From positions 1 to 31,581 of the IMG/VR virus record IMGVR_UViG_3300042453_005489: a stretch of 31,581 nucleotides of DNA; one strand, 5' to 3'. Below, in pieces: positions 9,497-19,065 of the stretch (positions are counted from its first letter, which is position 1; every line of letters starts with the position of its first letter). This DNA is from a virus. Lineage: Duplodnaviria > Caudoviricetes. A program made the position numbers and the translations under genes. The notes beneath the pieces are model-generated. The model searched no databases. It was not told the origin of the DNA and worked only from the letters and a program-made list of their open reading frames with translations.

Positions 9497-10717
9497 TTAG
9501 GCCTTGAAGAAAGCAATAGAAGCTTGCGCGCCGTATACACCCGAGAGAGACAGCTCTTGCTCAACTTTAAGCGAAAGCTGCATACCTTCTACGCCGTCAA
9601 TATCAACGTATGTAGGATCCGCGTCAAGAACAACGCGCGGGAAGTAGATGGCTAGACGGTTTGCGCTCATATTCTCGCCGGGTATACCTAGCGCAAAAGA
9701 AAGCATCAAAGCGAAAGGTGTTTTGCTAGTACGATCTGCAAGCCAAGCGTTGTTTGCAAGCGTCAACGTTACGCTGATAGGGTCAACAAACTGCAAGCCG
9801 CGAGTGTAGCCTACGATTGCAGAGCCCGGGATAGAGTTCACCGAGGTATCATAGCGCGTTGCATTGCGGGCTATGAATTGCGGAGAGAACTCAATTGTTG
9901 CAGCGGAAACGTCAAGCTGTGTACCTGCGACGGGCGTTCCAATTTCTTGTATGTAGGCTTCTGCGGCAAACGCAATAAGTTGATTCTCTAGCGCGGCGGG
10001 CGTTGAGGTATTGCTAGGAGTTTGTTGCAGCCAATCACCGCCGCTCAAACCAACGCTGAACGAGAGACGCTGTGTAAGATCAAGCGACATCGCAAGAGAG
10101 GTAGGGACACAGCCCTTGCCAACGAAAGGAACCTGATCGGGCTCAACGTCTCTATCAATCTCAATTCCGATTGTGATTGGCGTTGCAAGCGGGTCGACTA
10201 CATAGCAAGAGCCGCTGTTGTCTGCGGCATTCTCAACGCCGCTTACGGTTGCAATACCCAGAGATGGAAGTTGAATCGCAAGCGTTGCAACTGTACCGCC
10301 CGCAACGCTCTTGACGGGGCGCACAAACTTTCGCCCGTCGCTTAGAGAGATAAGAACAAGCGGATCAAAAGCGCCCGCTGAAATAGTGATTGCAGACACT
10401 GTACCGCTTACAAATGTAGGAGCTGTTTGAGCTAGCTTGCTACCCATGACGCTTGTGAAAACAACGTCAAGATCACTGTCGATAGCGTCATGAACAGGAA
10501 CCGTAAACTCTGCGGTAAAACTCTTTTGCCCGATGTGGGAAGCAAACTGATTGCGCTGAGAAGTCAGTTGTCTATTATCTGCAAGAGATTCGCGCGAAGC
10601 CGTCATTGTAACGCCCTCTATACCGCGCACCTGCTCAAAAGAAGCGGGCGTGTTGTAGATAGAAGACTCTTGTCCGATTGCTATACGCTGAACTCTTGTC
10701 AATGCGCCTTGGCTCAT
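9497..10717 (-). CDS. Major tail tube protein (406 aa)
   Basis: N-terminus RIAIGQESSIYNTP and C-terminus LAIYFPRVVLDADP...DIDG are typical of tube proteins. It lies upstream of the chaperone. Confidence 0.75.
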   Translation of the reverse strand: MSQGALTRVQRIAIGQESSIYNTPASFEQVRGIEGVTMTASRESLADNRQLTSQRNQFASHIGQKSFTAEFTVPVHDAIDSDLDVVFTSVMGSKLAQTAPTFVSGTVSAITISAGAFDPLVLISLSDGRKFVRPVKSVAGGTVATLAIQLPSLGIATVSGVENAADNSGSCYVVDPLATPITIGIEIDRDVEPDQVPFVGKGCVPTSLAMSLDLTQRLSFSVGLSGGDWLQQTPSNTSTPAALENQLIAFAAEAYIQEIGTPVAGTQLDVSAATIEFSPQFIARNATRYDTSVNSIPGSAIVGYTRGLQFVDPISVTLTLANNAWLADRTSKTPFALMLSFALGIPGENMSANRLAIYFPRVVLDADPTYVDIDGVEGMQLSLKVEQELSLSGVYGAQASIAFFKA

Positions 10718-10720
10718 TTG

Positions 10721-11104
10721 TTAACTCCCGCTTGTTTCGGTAGAAATTGTTGGTTGTATTGCTTGCTCGAAATCAGGTAACCATAGTGGAGAGATACCCG
10801 CCCAATTGTATTTCGCGTTTACAATAGAAGCGTATCTTGCGTTGTAAAATAGAGTTATTTTAGCAATCGGATTTTCGCTTGTTTGCGTAAACGAAGAAGT
10901 AAAATCTCTCTCGACAAAGATCATATTGCGAGTGTCAATCATATCTAGCGGATTCTTGGTCAGACCGGGCGGGTATTGCGCGCCGCTTGCACTCGTCCCT
11001 GTAGCCGTCTGGTTTGCGATTGTATCAAACGCCGCTTCTGCAATCTCTTCTAGGCCGCGATCTGAAAACGAAAATACGATTGGCGTTGTTGTGTAGGAAC
11101 TCAT
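10721..11104 (-). CDS. Putative neck/tail completion (virion morphogenesis) protein
   Basis: Position between the head and tail genes. The PLDMIDTRNM segment resembles the PLxDTGxL motif of this class. Confidence 0.5.
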   Translation of the reverse strand: MSSYTTTPIVFSFSDRGLEEIAEAAFDTIANQTATGTSASGAQYPPGLTKNPLDMIDTRNMIFVERDFTSSFTQTSENPIAKITLFYNARYASIVNAKYNWAGISPLWLPDFEQAIQPTISTETSGS

Positions 11105-11556
11105 AGCTGTTCAGCCCACTCGAAATCAAAGCGGTAGACGCGGGCTGTTGTAGACGGTGCATCTGCGGCAAGCAAGATAAGCGGCTTGCAATTGGGAACG
11201 CCTTGCAATGGCTTGGTAAACGTCATTGCACCAAGAACCGCGCGGTTGTCTGCCCATGCCATAGCGTCTATTCCTAGCCCGGCAACGTCATTTTGACGCG
11301 GTTCGGTGAAGTTATAGCCTATGATAAGTTGCAGCTCTACACGATTCCAAAATTGCTCAAACGAAGAGAGTGTACGCGGGATCCGAGAGATACCTAGTCG
11401 CAGTTGAAAAGCGCGCTCTCGCATAGGAAGCGGCGCATCTTCAACACGTTGCTCACCTTTCCATCTTCGGAAGCGAACGTTTGGGCGAACGTCTGGCACA
11501 AACGCTTCTAGCGAATTGGCAAGCGCGTTCAGAATGACTTCTATATTCGTAGCCAT
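11101..11556 (-). CDS. Putative head-tail joining / tail terminator protein
   Basis: 151 aa, coupled to its neighbours in the neck region. Confidence 0.5.
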   Translation of the reverse strand: MATNIEVILNALANSLEAFVPDVRPNVRFRRWKGEQRVEDAPLPMRERAFQLRLGISRIPRTLSSFEQFWNRVELQLIIGYNFTEPRQNDVAGLGIDAMAWADNRAVLGAMTFTKPLQGVPNCKPLILLAADAPSTTARVYRFDFEWAEQL

Positions 11557-12035
11557 CAGAGCGAATCCGTTTGTCTTCTGCGCGCTGTACGATAAGAGCC
11601 AATAGCGCTAGGCGAACGCGAATTTTGAAAATAGAAAGTAGATAGGTTTTGAACGGTTGTTGGCTGTGTTGCAAGCCAAGAAACGCGCCCGTCTCGTAAG
11701 AGTTCAAGTTCTCTAATTGCTCTATCGTATGATGATTGAACGCTTGCGGGAATGTCGCGCCAAATTGTTTGATACAATCTAAAAATACATAGTGTAACGC
11801 AAGCTGACTTCGCCGCCTCCGGCGTTCCCGTTGTAACATCACCCCAAAGATCGCCCGGGGTGTTGTTGGTTTCGGGCGTTCCTACTGCATAAGAATCAAT
11901 CAGATTTGTTGACCACTCTATTGCAGAAGAAACGGCGTCTGTATCAATAGCTGTGTTGGTTAAATCACTTAACCAAACAAGCGCAGATGCACCGCCAATA
12001 GAAGATTCTATGTCAGCTTGCGTACAGTATGCCAT
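11556..12035 (-). CDS. Head-tail adaptor, Mu gp36 / DUF1320 family
   Basis: Starts MAYCTQADI and contains IDSY, C...IFRLY and YDRAIRELELLRDG motifs. GGAG RBS upstream. Confidence 0.85.
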   Translation of the reverse strand: MAYCTQADIESSIGGASALVWLSDLTNTAIDTDAVSSAIEWSTNLIDSYAVGTPETNNTPGDLWGDVTTGTPEAAKSACVTLCIFRLYQTIWRDIPASVQSSYDRAIRELELLRDGRVSWLATQPTTVQNLSTFYFQNSRSPSAIGSYRTARRRQTDSL

Positions 12036-12037
12036 AA

Positions 12038-12331
12038 CTAAAATAACTCCGTAACTTGTAGCGCGCCGTTTGCCGCGTCCCATACCGCCGTAACCAAACC
12101 GTTGAAGATCGGTTGAGGCATTTCGTAGTAGCTTGACGCTGATAGCTTAATGACAAAATCTGTCGAAGAAGCCGCAGCGCCAAACTTAACGAAACAGTTT
12201 GCCGTTGAATCATTGTAAAGCAACAAACCTGTACGCGCGGTAAACGCCGCTGCAACTGTTACAGTTGTTACGCTAGAAGCAACACGAGAAGTGTTAGCGT
12301 TCTGCGCTCTACTAGGAACTTGCAGCGGCAT
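12038..12331 (-). CDS. Small beta-rich virion protein (possible head decoration or spike base)
   Basis: 97 aa directly after the capsid gene, with an RTGLLLYNDS...FVKFG...YYEMP pattern. Confidence 0.55.
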   Translation of the reverse strand: MPLQVPSRAQNANTSRVASSVTTVTVAAAFTARTGLLLYNDSTANCFVKFGAAASSTDFVIKLSASSYYEMPQPIFNGLVTAVWDAANGALQVTELF

Positions 12332-12343
12332 TTGAACCCCCTA

Positions 12344-13279
12344 TCAGGTCAAGCAATCGTTGATCAAGAAACCGCACGGAGCGCCCGTGATCTTGGTATC
12401 ATAGGCGAAAGTAACCTTGAGGTCAACGCCGCCGCGCCCGCCGCCGCGCATAAGGTTCTGTTGTGTGAGAACCTCACGGTTGTTGAACGCGAAGGTGTAA
12501 CCAAACGCCGCCGCGCGTGGAGAAGGATTCTCGGGGCGGCGGTAGATAAGCATGTTATCACCCCACACGCGGCCCAAAGAAGCAGTCTGCCCAATATTGG
12601 CGTTGTTGATACGAGCCTCACCAACATACAGATCGCGCAATCCGAAGAAGTTTGCGATCTGCTGACGGCTTGCAACCGCGCCTTCGCTTACGAAATGGAA
12701 GGCTGCAACGATATCAGGATGCTTCTGCAATACGCGGAAAGCCTCAATACCGATCGCGCCGTAAAGCCCGTCGTTACCTAGCGTTCCATCGATAGCGGCG
12801 AAGATGTCGCCAATAGGATCTGACGAGTTCTGATCCCACTTTGTTGTAGGAGTAAGCTTGTTGCTTGTCGCAAAGTTTGCAGCGTTGAAAGCAAGAGCTG
12901 CAACGCGCTGCTCATGACCTAGCATCAAACGCTCTGTGAGGTAGGTTGTAGCGTCAACCAGAGGATTGATAGGGACATCTGCGGCAAGAATCTCGTCCTC
13001 ACCAACAAACGACGAAAGCGCATGATACACAACGCTGTAGTTGTCTGCCTCGTACGAAGGCGAAATATCTGCAACGTCTGCGCGGTAATCAGCGAGATCG
13101 TTTGTCAAAGTATAGAAGTCATTCTGCCCATACTTGAAGAAGCGGCCGCTAGGCTTGGGAACCTGAACGATCGGGAGAATAGACGAACCGATAAAGTTTG
13201 GCTGTCTAAACTGAATCGACACTTCGCTAAGTGTTTGTGGTGAAAAGAGATCTGTCAAAAGCGGTGCGTTGTTTGCCAT
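12344..13279 (-). CDS. Major capsid protein (capsid E-like, HK97 fold), start MANNAP
   Basis: LSEVSIQFRQPNFIGSSILPIVQVPK, KWDQNSSDPIGDI and AFGYTF motifs. GAAAGGG RBS before 13279. Follows DUF2190. Confidence 0.9.
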   Translation of the reverse strand: MANNAPLLTDLFSPQTLSEVSIQFRQPNFIGSSILPIVQVPKPSGRFFKYGQNDFYTLTNDLADYRADVADISPSYEADNYSVVYHALSSFVGEDEILAADVPINPLVDATTYLTERLMLGHEQRVAALAFNAANFATSNKLTPTTKWDQNSSDPIGDIFAAIDGTLGNDGLYGAIGIEAFRVLQKHPDIVAAFHFVSEGAVASRQQIANFFGLRDLYVGEARINNANIGQTASLGRVWGDNMLIYRRPENPSPRAAAFGYTFAFNNREVLTQQNLMRGGGRGGVDLKVTFAYDTKITGAPCGFLINDCLT

Positions 13280-13323
13280 TGTAAAAACCCTTTCAATAAA
13301 AGAAGATTGTATGCGCTTTGTCG

Positions 13324-13731
13324 TTACGGCTTGACTACGCTGAACCCTGCGGAAAGAACGCAAACGATGAGATCGTTTGGCGCGGTTGCAGCCTCACGAG
13401 CTAGACCTACGATCACGTTGCCGCTTGCAGCGGTATCAACCTTGCCGGTTGTTGCAGCAAGAGAAAGCAGATCGCCCGCTGAGAAAGCACCGTTTGCTAC
13501 GATGTAGCTTTCACCTTGCATTGCAACGCGTACAGGCTCGCCGTCTGCGGCGGCGTGTTGTGCAACACCGAGAACCTGATCGGTTACAGCACTAGGAAGC
13601 GCGCAACGACTGTCTAGCCCGTCGCCCGTAGGAGTAGAGAGAACAACAACGGCATACTGAGTAATTGCGCCGTTTGCGATGAATTCGCGCTGAATAGAAC
13701 CCGCCAATGTAGGAGCGATGTTAACACCCAT
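13324..13731 (-). CDS. DUF2190-family capsid cement/decoration protein
   Basis: VLGVAQHAAADGEPVRV...G...GAFSAGDLL...G and VGLAREAATA motifs. Immediately before the capsid gene. Confidence 0.85.
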   Translation of the reverse strand: MGVNIAPTLAGSIQREFIANGAITQYAVVVLSTPTGDGLDSRCALPSAVTDQVLGVAQHAAADGEPVRVAMQGESYIVANGAFSAGDLLSLAATTGKVDTAASGNVIVGLAREAATAPNDLIVCVLSAGFSVVKP

Positions 13732-13775
13732 TGAAGCCCTCGTTTCTTGTTGTGAGATTGTTTAGTTGTGATTGC

Positions 13776-15095
13776 TTACTTTTGCGCTGCAAGAATACGC
13801 TTAAGCGCTTCGCCGTAAGTTGCGATGTTGTGCTGTGTTTGGTATTCCATAACCTTCGCGGGCGAAACGTCAAACGGCTTGCCCGATGTTGAGACGCTGT
13901 TTGCAGAGAAAGAAACGGGCGCGGCGGGAGCTGCAGCTTTGAGCGGGGCAACTGGCTCAAACACTGTCTTGAAGACTTCAACGCCGCTTTTGCTAAGAAG
14001 CTCTTTTGCGTAGCTCTCGCCCTTCGGATCGGCGGCGGTAGAGTAAGAACGGAAGCGGCTTTCCGAAGAATAGCGCGCAAACAGCTCTTGCGCTTCTGCA
14101 TCTTGACGCTTCTTCTCTACGGCCTCGAGAGCCGCCAAACGCTTAGAATTGACATTCTGCGCGTCTTTGAGGGCAGACGCAAGCGCCACTAGCTGTTCTG
14201 TGTTTGCGGTCGTTTTTAGACCGAAAGCCGCTGCAATACGCTGCAAGCTTGCAGCAAGAGCGGGCGCTTGACTTGCGGGCGCGCTAGGCATCATGCCTTC
14301 TGCACCTTCTTCTTCTGTCATCTGCGGCAAACCTTCCGCGCCGGGAAGTACTTCCATCATTGCAGATTCTTCTTCGCTTTTAAGCTCAATCTCAATAGCA
14401 GGCTTCTCTTCTTCGACTTCCGCGCCCGCTTCTTTGACTTGCTCTCTGAGCATCATGAGAGTGATTTCAGCGGCAAGCCCGGCGGCGGCTGCTTCTTTGA
14501 CTCCCGCTGCTACAAGCTTTGCGCCTAGCGCTGCAAGCTTTTCTTCGCCAAGAAGATTCATCCATGAATAGTGCATCTGATTGCTACCTTTCGCGGCCAT
14601 ATATTGCCGCAGTTCTTGCGCTTTTAGCGCGTACGCCACTACAGGTTCCATCTCAAAAAACGGCGAGAGAACAAGCGCGGCCGCGACTAGCATAGGCCCA
14701 ATGTTCTCACCGGCCGCGCCCTTTCTTGACGCGGACATTCTCTTCGCGTTCCACACGATCTCTGGTGAGATATACCTCACCGCGCCTTGTCGGATCGCTG
14801 CTTTCGTCTCGTCGGTAAAGTTTGCTTTACCAAACAAGCCATAGCCGTTTCTCCACGGCTGTACAGATATTGTTTCAGGGCTTATCCATCCCGCTGCATA
14901 CTCTTCTTTTTCATGCGTCAATTTGAGCGGTATATCAACGCCGCGCTCAATTGCATTGTCTCTCATCTGCAAGAGCATTGCTTTGGTTACCTTGAACTGT
15001 CCTTGATCTGCGCGAAAGAAAGAGCCTGTTCTTGCAAGCTGAACCATGCCGCTAGGCGCTTCTGCGTTAAATTTATATCGTAAAATTGATTTCAT
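13776..15095 (-). CDS. Mu gpI-like prohead protease with C-terminal scaffold
   Basis: His in KLTHEK, AAGWI, RYISPEI and AAALVLSPFF..MEPV motifs. The C-terminal half is Ala/Glu-rich coiled coil. Confidence 0.85.
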   Translation of the reverse strand: MKSILRYKFNAEAPSGMVQLARTGSFFRADQGQFKVTKAMLLQMRDNAIERGVDIPLKLTHEKEEYAAGWISPETISVQPWRNGYGLFGKANFTDETKAAIRQGAVRYISPEIVWNAKRMSASRKGAAGENIGPMLVAAALVLSPFFEMEPVVAYALKAQELRQYMAAKGSNQMHYSWMNLLGEEKLAALGAKLVAAGVKEAAAAGLAAEITLMMLREQVKEAGAEVEEEKPAIEIELKSEEESAMMEVLPGAEGLPQMTEEEGAEGMMPSAPASQAPALAASLQRIAAAFGLKTTANTEQLVALASALKDAQNVNSKRLAALEAVEKKRQDAEAQELFARYSSESRFRSYSTAADPKGESYAKELLSKSGVEVFKTVFEPVAPLKAAAPAAPVSFSANSVSTSGKPFDVSPAKVMEYQTQHNIATYGEALKRILAAQK

Positions 15096-16508
15096 TTATT
15101 TTGTTTCTCCTTCTTCTGCTTTGGGCGGGAACCGAGGATCGGGAAGTCCCGAAGCCGTAAGCGGGAAGTCAAACTGTTTTGCAATTGCATCAACGTCAAG
15201 CGGAACGCCTCTGTTTATCAACGCAATAAGAGGGTATGCGAGCGTTGCATACACTTGCGCTTTTTGTTTGAGAGCGTCGTTGTTGTCTGTCTGCTCAACG
15301 AACTTGACTTCTGGCGGCGGTGTACCCGCGCCAAACTTAAGAGCAACAGCTTGCTTCAAGAGCCCCTGCAGCGCTTCGCTAACCATGCGCGCATCACCGT
15401 CTGTTAGCGTTGACTGAACTTGCATGCCGACTTCTGCGCTTGCGTACGTTGCTTTGTCACCGCTAGCCGTACCAACGTTGCCTACAATCGCAAACTGTAT
15501 TTGACGCTCTGTAAGAGAATCAATCAGATCAAAAACTTTCTCGCCGCCCGCAACAGCAGAGAGAACCTCAACGTCAAAACCCGGCGGGAGAATCTGTCGG
15601 GAGTCGCCCGCGAAGTCTTCGATCATGGATTGAAAATTTGCTACCGCGTCTGCGCTGAAAGCGGCTGCAACTTCGCTTGACATCTTGCCTACAATGCCCG
15701 GCAAAGCCCAAACTTCTGCGTATGTAAGTAGGTCTTTTAGAGAGCCCAAACGAAGAGAATACGGAATCAATACGGCGCGCCCACTTCCGCATTGCGACAA
15801 GCGTTGAGATACTCTCGTATTGCGAACCTGAACGTACAGCGCGGGATCGTAGGCTGTCACTGGAACGCCCGGCGAATTGTTGTCTTCGGTTGAGATATGT
15901 AAGGTTTGCGTTGGTACGTCAAAACCTAGCCGTCTCTCGTCTATCTTTTCAAGGTAGCACGGGCGCGGCGAGCTCTCACCGATCGGCGTATCCCAATGAA
16001 CCCAAAGAAGGCCGCAACCGTAGTACGTAGGGATTGTGAGAGCTTCTACAATCGTAGCAAGGCCGCCGCTGTATAGAAACGAGCCGTCAATTTGCTGCTC
16101 AATCATGCGCAAAGAATGCAAGATATAGTTGCCATACTCTGCAACTTCTGCGGCGCGCACCTCGTCTCTATCTGCCTTGCTAGGTTCAACCCTAACTTCT
16201 TTGCGGGAAAGCGCGGAGAGACGCGTTGTAAGCAAGCCTTGCAACAAACCGTCTCTACCTGCGATCTCTTGCAGCAAGCCCATTTGATCGCGCATATATC
16301 CTAAGTCAGCTTGCCTTGTAATCTGCGCTAGCTTTGTCGGTGTTAGCCCGCTTGTTAGGTACTCAGGCCACTGTACCATTCCGCTAGGTGCGGGGCGGCC
16401 TATCTGCGAATACATGGGCGGCGGTAAGCTAGGGTATGTTGTAGGCATCTGCGGCGCGGCGTAGTCTTTCTTTGCCCGCCAGAATGCAAGCTTGTCAAAT
16501 ATACTCAT
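15096..16508 (-). CDS. Portal protein, DUF935 / Mu gp29 family
   Basis: GLTPTKLAQITRQADLG...RDGLLQGLLTTR, YAEVWALPGIVGK and QIQFAIVG motifs. Directly after TerL. Confidence 0.9.
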   Translation of the reverse strand: MSIFDKLAFWRAKKDYAAPQMPTTYPSLPPPMYSQIGRPAPSGMVQWPEYLTSGLTPTKLAQITRQADLGYMRDQMGLLQEIAGRDGLLQGLLTTRLSALSRKEVRVEPSKADRDEVRAAEVAEYGNYILHSLRMIEQQIDGSFLYSGGLATIVEALTIPTYYGCGLLWVHWDTPIGESSPRPCYLEKIDERRLGFDVPTQTLHISTEDNNSPGVPVTAYDPALYVQVRNTRVSQRLSQCGSGRAVLIPYSLRLGSLKDLLTYAEVWALPGIVGKMSSEVAAAFSADAVANFQSMIEDFAGDSRQILPPGFDVEVLSAVAGGEKVFDLIDSLTERQIQFAIVGNVGTASGDKATYASAEVGMQVQSTLTDGDARMVSEALQGLLKQAVALKFGAGTPPPEVKFVEQTDNNDALKQKAQVYATLAYPLIALINRGVPLDVDAIAKQFDFPLTASGLPDPRFPPKAEEGETK

Positions 16509-17725
16509 CTGATGAACCCCGAAAGATGTCCGCGCTTGTTTCCCGAACTCGCGTGCACCGAAGAGAAAGCAATGAAGTTTAGCGCTTGGTACGCGGTAGA
16601 AAGCGCGTCAACGAAGTCATCATGCTTTACCTCAGGAAACGAAAGCAATTCGTCTAAGAACTCGTTTGGCAAGTTTTGCGCATGATATATCAACCGCTGT
16701 TCATAGCGCGCTGCAACGGGCAAGAAACGCGTAAGCTTGTCTTTGTCAGCGCGTATACCAACAACCGGAAGTGAGGTGTTGCGTAAGAGCTCTTGCACAA
16801 CCGCCGCTTGAAACTGAACGTTCTCAACTCCTACGATGCGCGCCTTGTATCTCTCCGCAAAAGATTTGATAAATCGCAAGATCTCGTCAAACGGCATGCG
16901 CCCACGGCTTGCGCCAAGAACATACAAGCGCCCGTCCTTACTTCTCCCTAGCGCAACAACGGCGGTATAGTCAGCGTCTTGTGACAGAGAGATTGCAAGG
17001 TCAACGCCGATCGCAATGTCAAGCCCGCTAGGCGGTATTGCTTGCGTAGTCTGCAACCACTGCTCTTTTATCTTTGCGCCGTCTTCGGAAACAAACTCTG
17101 CGCCGTACTCTGTACGAAAGGTTACGCTAGGCAAGTCAAGCCGCGCGTCTTCAATCTCGCTAGGTGAAAGAAACGGGTTTGTCCAAGAAGGGCGAGAGAA
17201 CGAGCGCCAATTTGCAGAAGCCATCTGCCCGCGTTGATACAGTTTTTGTATCCAAGAATTGCGCAAACGTGGGTTTGGCGTAGTCAAGAACAGAGCGCGC
17301 CCGCGCCGATCTGACAACGTAGGGCGTATTGCTTCTGCCCATGCCTGATGCTCGATGAAGTCGGCTTCGTCGAAGATAGCAAGATCAAGCCCCGCGCCGC
17401 GTAAGTTATCGTACAACTCTGCGCTCTTACAGGTAATAGAGCCTCCTAGCGAAACAATACGTTTCTTGCTTTCTTGGATTTCTGCTAGGCCTAGCTTAAC
17501 AAGCGGCGTGAAAAGAAGTTTGAGCTGCTCCCACGCTAGCGAAGAAACGGCGTGTGTAGGAGCTAACCACCAAACTTGTTTTGCTTGCAAGCAAGCGCGT
17601 ATTGCTTCTGCACAACCTAAGTATGTTTTGCCCCAACGGCGCCCGCAGATGACTACGCGGTTTCGCGCCTCACTCTCGAAGATTTCGAGCTGTCCGCTAT
17701 GCAGCGTAGGCAAGCGCAGATTCAT
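16505..17725 (-). CDS. terL: Terminase large subunit
   Basis: Walker A CGRRWGKT, Walker B LRGAGLDLAIFDEA, coupling motif LTTP, and nuclease motifs GVDLA, DYTA and HDDFVDA. Confidence 0.97.
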   Translation of the reverse strand: MNLRLPTLHSGQLEIFESEARNRVVICGRRWGKTYLGCAEAIRACLQAKQVWWLAPTHAVSSLAWEQLKLLFTPLVKLGLAEIQESKKRIVSLGGSITCKSAELYDNLRGAGLDLAIFDEADFIEHQAWAEAIRPTLSDRRGRALFLTTPNPRLRNSWIQKLYQRGQMASANWRSFSRPSWTNPFLSPSEIEDARLDLPSVTFRTEYGAEFVSEDGAKIKEQWLQTTQAIPPSGLDIAIGVDLAISLSQDADYTAVVALGRSKDGRLYVLGASRGRMPFDEILRFIKSFAERYKARIVGVENVQFQAAVVQELLRNTSLPVVGIRADKDKLTRFLPVAARYEQRLIYHAQNLPNEFLDELLSFPEVKHDDFVDALSTAYQALNFIAFSSVHASSGNKRGHLSGFIR

Positions 17726-18261
17726 TCTTCTTCTTGCGCGGCTTGCGTGTTTGACTGTTCTTCTTGCGCGGGTTGCGGCGTTGCTTCAATTACCCTATCA
17801 ACGCCGTTCTCGCCGGCCCATGTTAGGGTAATTGTACGCGGTATGTTGTCCGCGTCTGTCTTGACTTCTCTTGCCCAACGCTCTCGAAAGCGACGTTCAA
17901 GAATCCACGCCTTTGCTTGCCAAGAAGGATCGCGGCGAATCTCTGCAAGAAGCAGCGTCTCACTCTTTGCGATCGCTTCGTGCACGGCCTCACGAAACTG
18001 TTTGCTATTATTTATCCAGTTTGCATATGTATTGTAATGAATGCCCGCGTAGGCTACGGCTTCTTTGATATAACAACCTAGCGAGAGCGCGTCACAAATA
18101 CGCTTCTGTATAGCGTCTCGTCTCAGTCTTGTGTAGGAAACCTTCTTACCGAAACGAACATCATGCCGCCCGTCAAACGGCTCTGTTCTCGCGAGCTCTT
18201 CTACTTTCTCGCGGTGAGCTTTCTCTTCTGGCGTTTCTTGCGGCTTCTTTTTACGCGGCAT
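17722..18261 (-). CDS. terS: Terminase small subunit (HTH type)
   Basis: Overlaps the terL start. HTH motif IKEAVAYAGIHYNTYANW and WQAKAWILERRFRERW motif. Confidence 0.85.
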   Translation of the reverse strand: MPRKKKPQETPEEKAHREKVEELARTEPFDGRHDVRFGKKVSYTRLRRDAIQKRICDALSLGCYIKEAVAYAGIHYNTYANWINNSKQFREAVHEAIAKSETLLLAEIRRDPSWQAKAWILERRFRERWAREVKTDADNIPRTITLTWAGENGVDRVIEATPQPAQEEQSNTQAAQEEE

Positions 18262-18580
18262 TGGCTAGCCTGTTTTGATAGCGGCGTTTATATTCGCGCT
18301 GCTTTGCAATATACACCGCGTAGTCTTCTTGCATATACCTGACGTTGTATCTTCTGTTTTGCGCTTGTTTGAGATACCTCTTGCAAGCTTCTGCACCGCA
18401 GATCTTGCGATTGCGAGAGACGGCGAACAGGGCGTTGCAATATATGCAAGAGCGTTCTGTCGGTGTAATTCTCTCGTAGGCTGCAAGCGCGTTGTTGTGA
18501 TTGCCCCGCACGGCGCATTCTTTGCCGCAATAGGATTTCTTTGGAGCGCGAATCTCAACACCGCAGATCTTGCAATTCAT
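18251..18580 (-). CDS. Small Cys-rich basic protein (two zinc-finger-like repeats)
   Basis: CKIC...YCGKEC and CIYC...ICGAEAC. Coupled to both neighbours. Confidence 0.7.
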   Translation of the reverse strand: MNCKICGVEIRAPKKSYCGKECAVRGNHNNALAAYERITPTERSCIYCNALFAVSRNRKICGAEACKRYLKQAQNRRYNVRYMQEDYAVYIAKQREYKRRYQNRLANAA

Positions 18581-19065
18581 ACTTCACAACCGCAATTGGG
18601 GCAGAGTTTCTTCTTTGCCTCACTCTTCGGAGAAGAAGCCTCACCGTCAATTTTTATATCTGCAAGAGAAGAAAGCATCTCTTGTATTTCAGTAGGGAGC
18701 GCGTCTGGTAGCTCCCTAAGAAGCGCGTCAAGCGTCTGTTTCTCCGTTTCGGCAAGAGCAGAAATCGGGTCAAATGTAGCAAGCGCAAGCTTCTCTTCAC
18801 TCTCGTCTAGGTCAACATATTTGACCGGGATCGTTGCTTCTTTGTTCTCAATCGCAATCTGCAAACGAAGATGTCCATCAATCAACGTGTTAGTACGTTT
18901 GTTGACAATTACATCTTGTATCCACCCAATTTGTTGCAGCGTTGCGGCTAGCGCGTCTCGCTGCTTCTTCGGATGTTTACGGAAGTTGAGAACGTTCTTC
19001 TTCACGTCTTTGGGAGATACATTCTCGCTTGCGATGATACGATTACGAATCTGATCTTTTTGCAT
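18577..19065 (-). CDS. ParB/Srx N-terminal-like domain protein with C-terminal CPxCG
   Basis: NFRKHP..Q, LQQIGWIQDVIVN, LIDGHLRL and IPVKYVDL motifs. Confidence 0.85.
   Translation of the reverse strand: MQKDQIRNRIIASENVSPKDVKKNVLNFRKHPKKQRDALAATLQQIGWIQDVIVNKRTNTLIDGHLRLQIAIENKEATIPVKYVDLDESEEKLALATFDPISALAETEKQTLDALLRELPDALPTEIQEMLSSLADIKIDGEASSPKSEAKKKLCPNCGCEV

Noticed and set aside
9460-9564. Longer N-terminus of the tail chaperone given in the ORF track
   Set aside because: It overlaps the tube gene. The ATG at 9459 has the RBS.
13280-13363. Upstream extension of the capsid ORF
   Set aside because: It overlaps DUF2190. The RBS supports the start at 13279.
18275-19054. 259-aa plus-strand ORF
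   Set aside because: Antisense to the ParB-like and zinc-finger genes, which have clear motifs.
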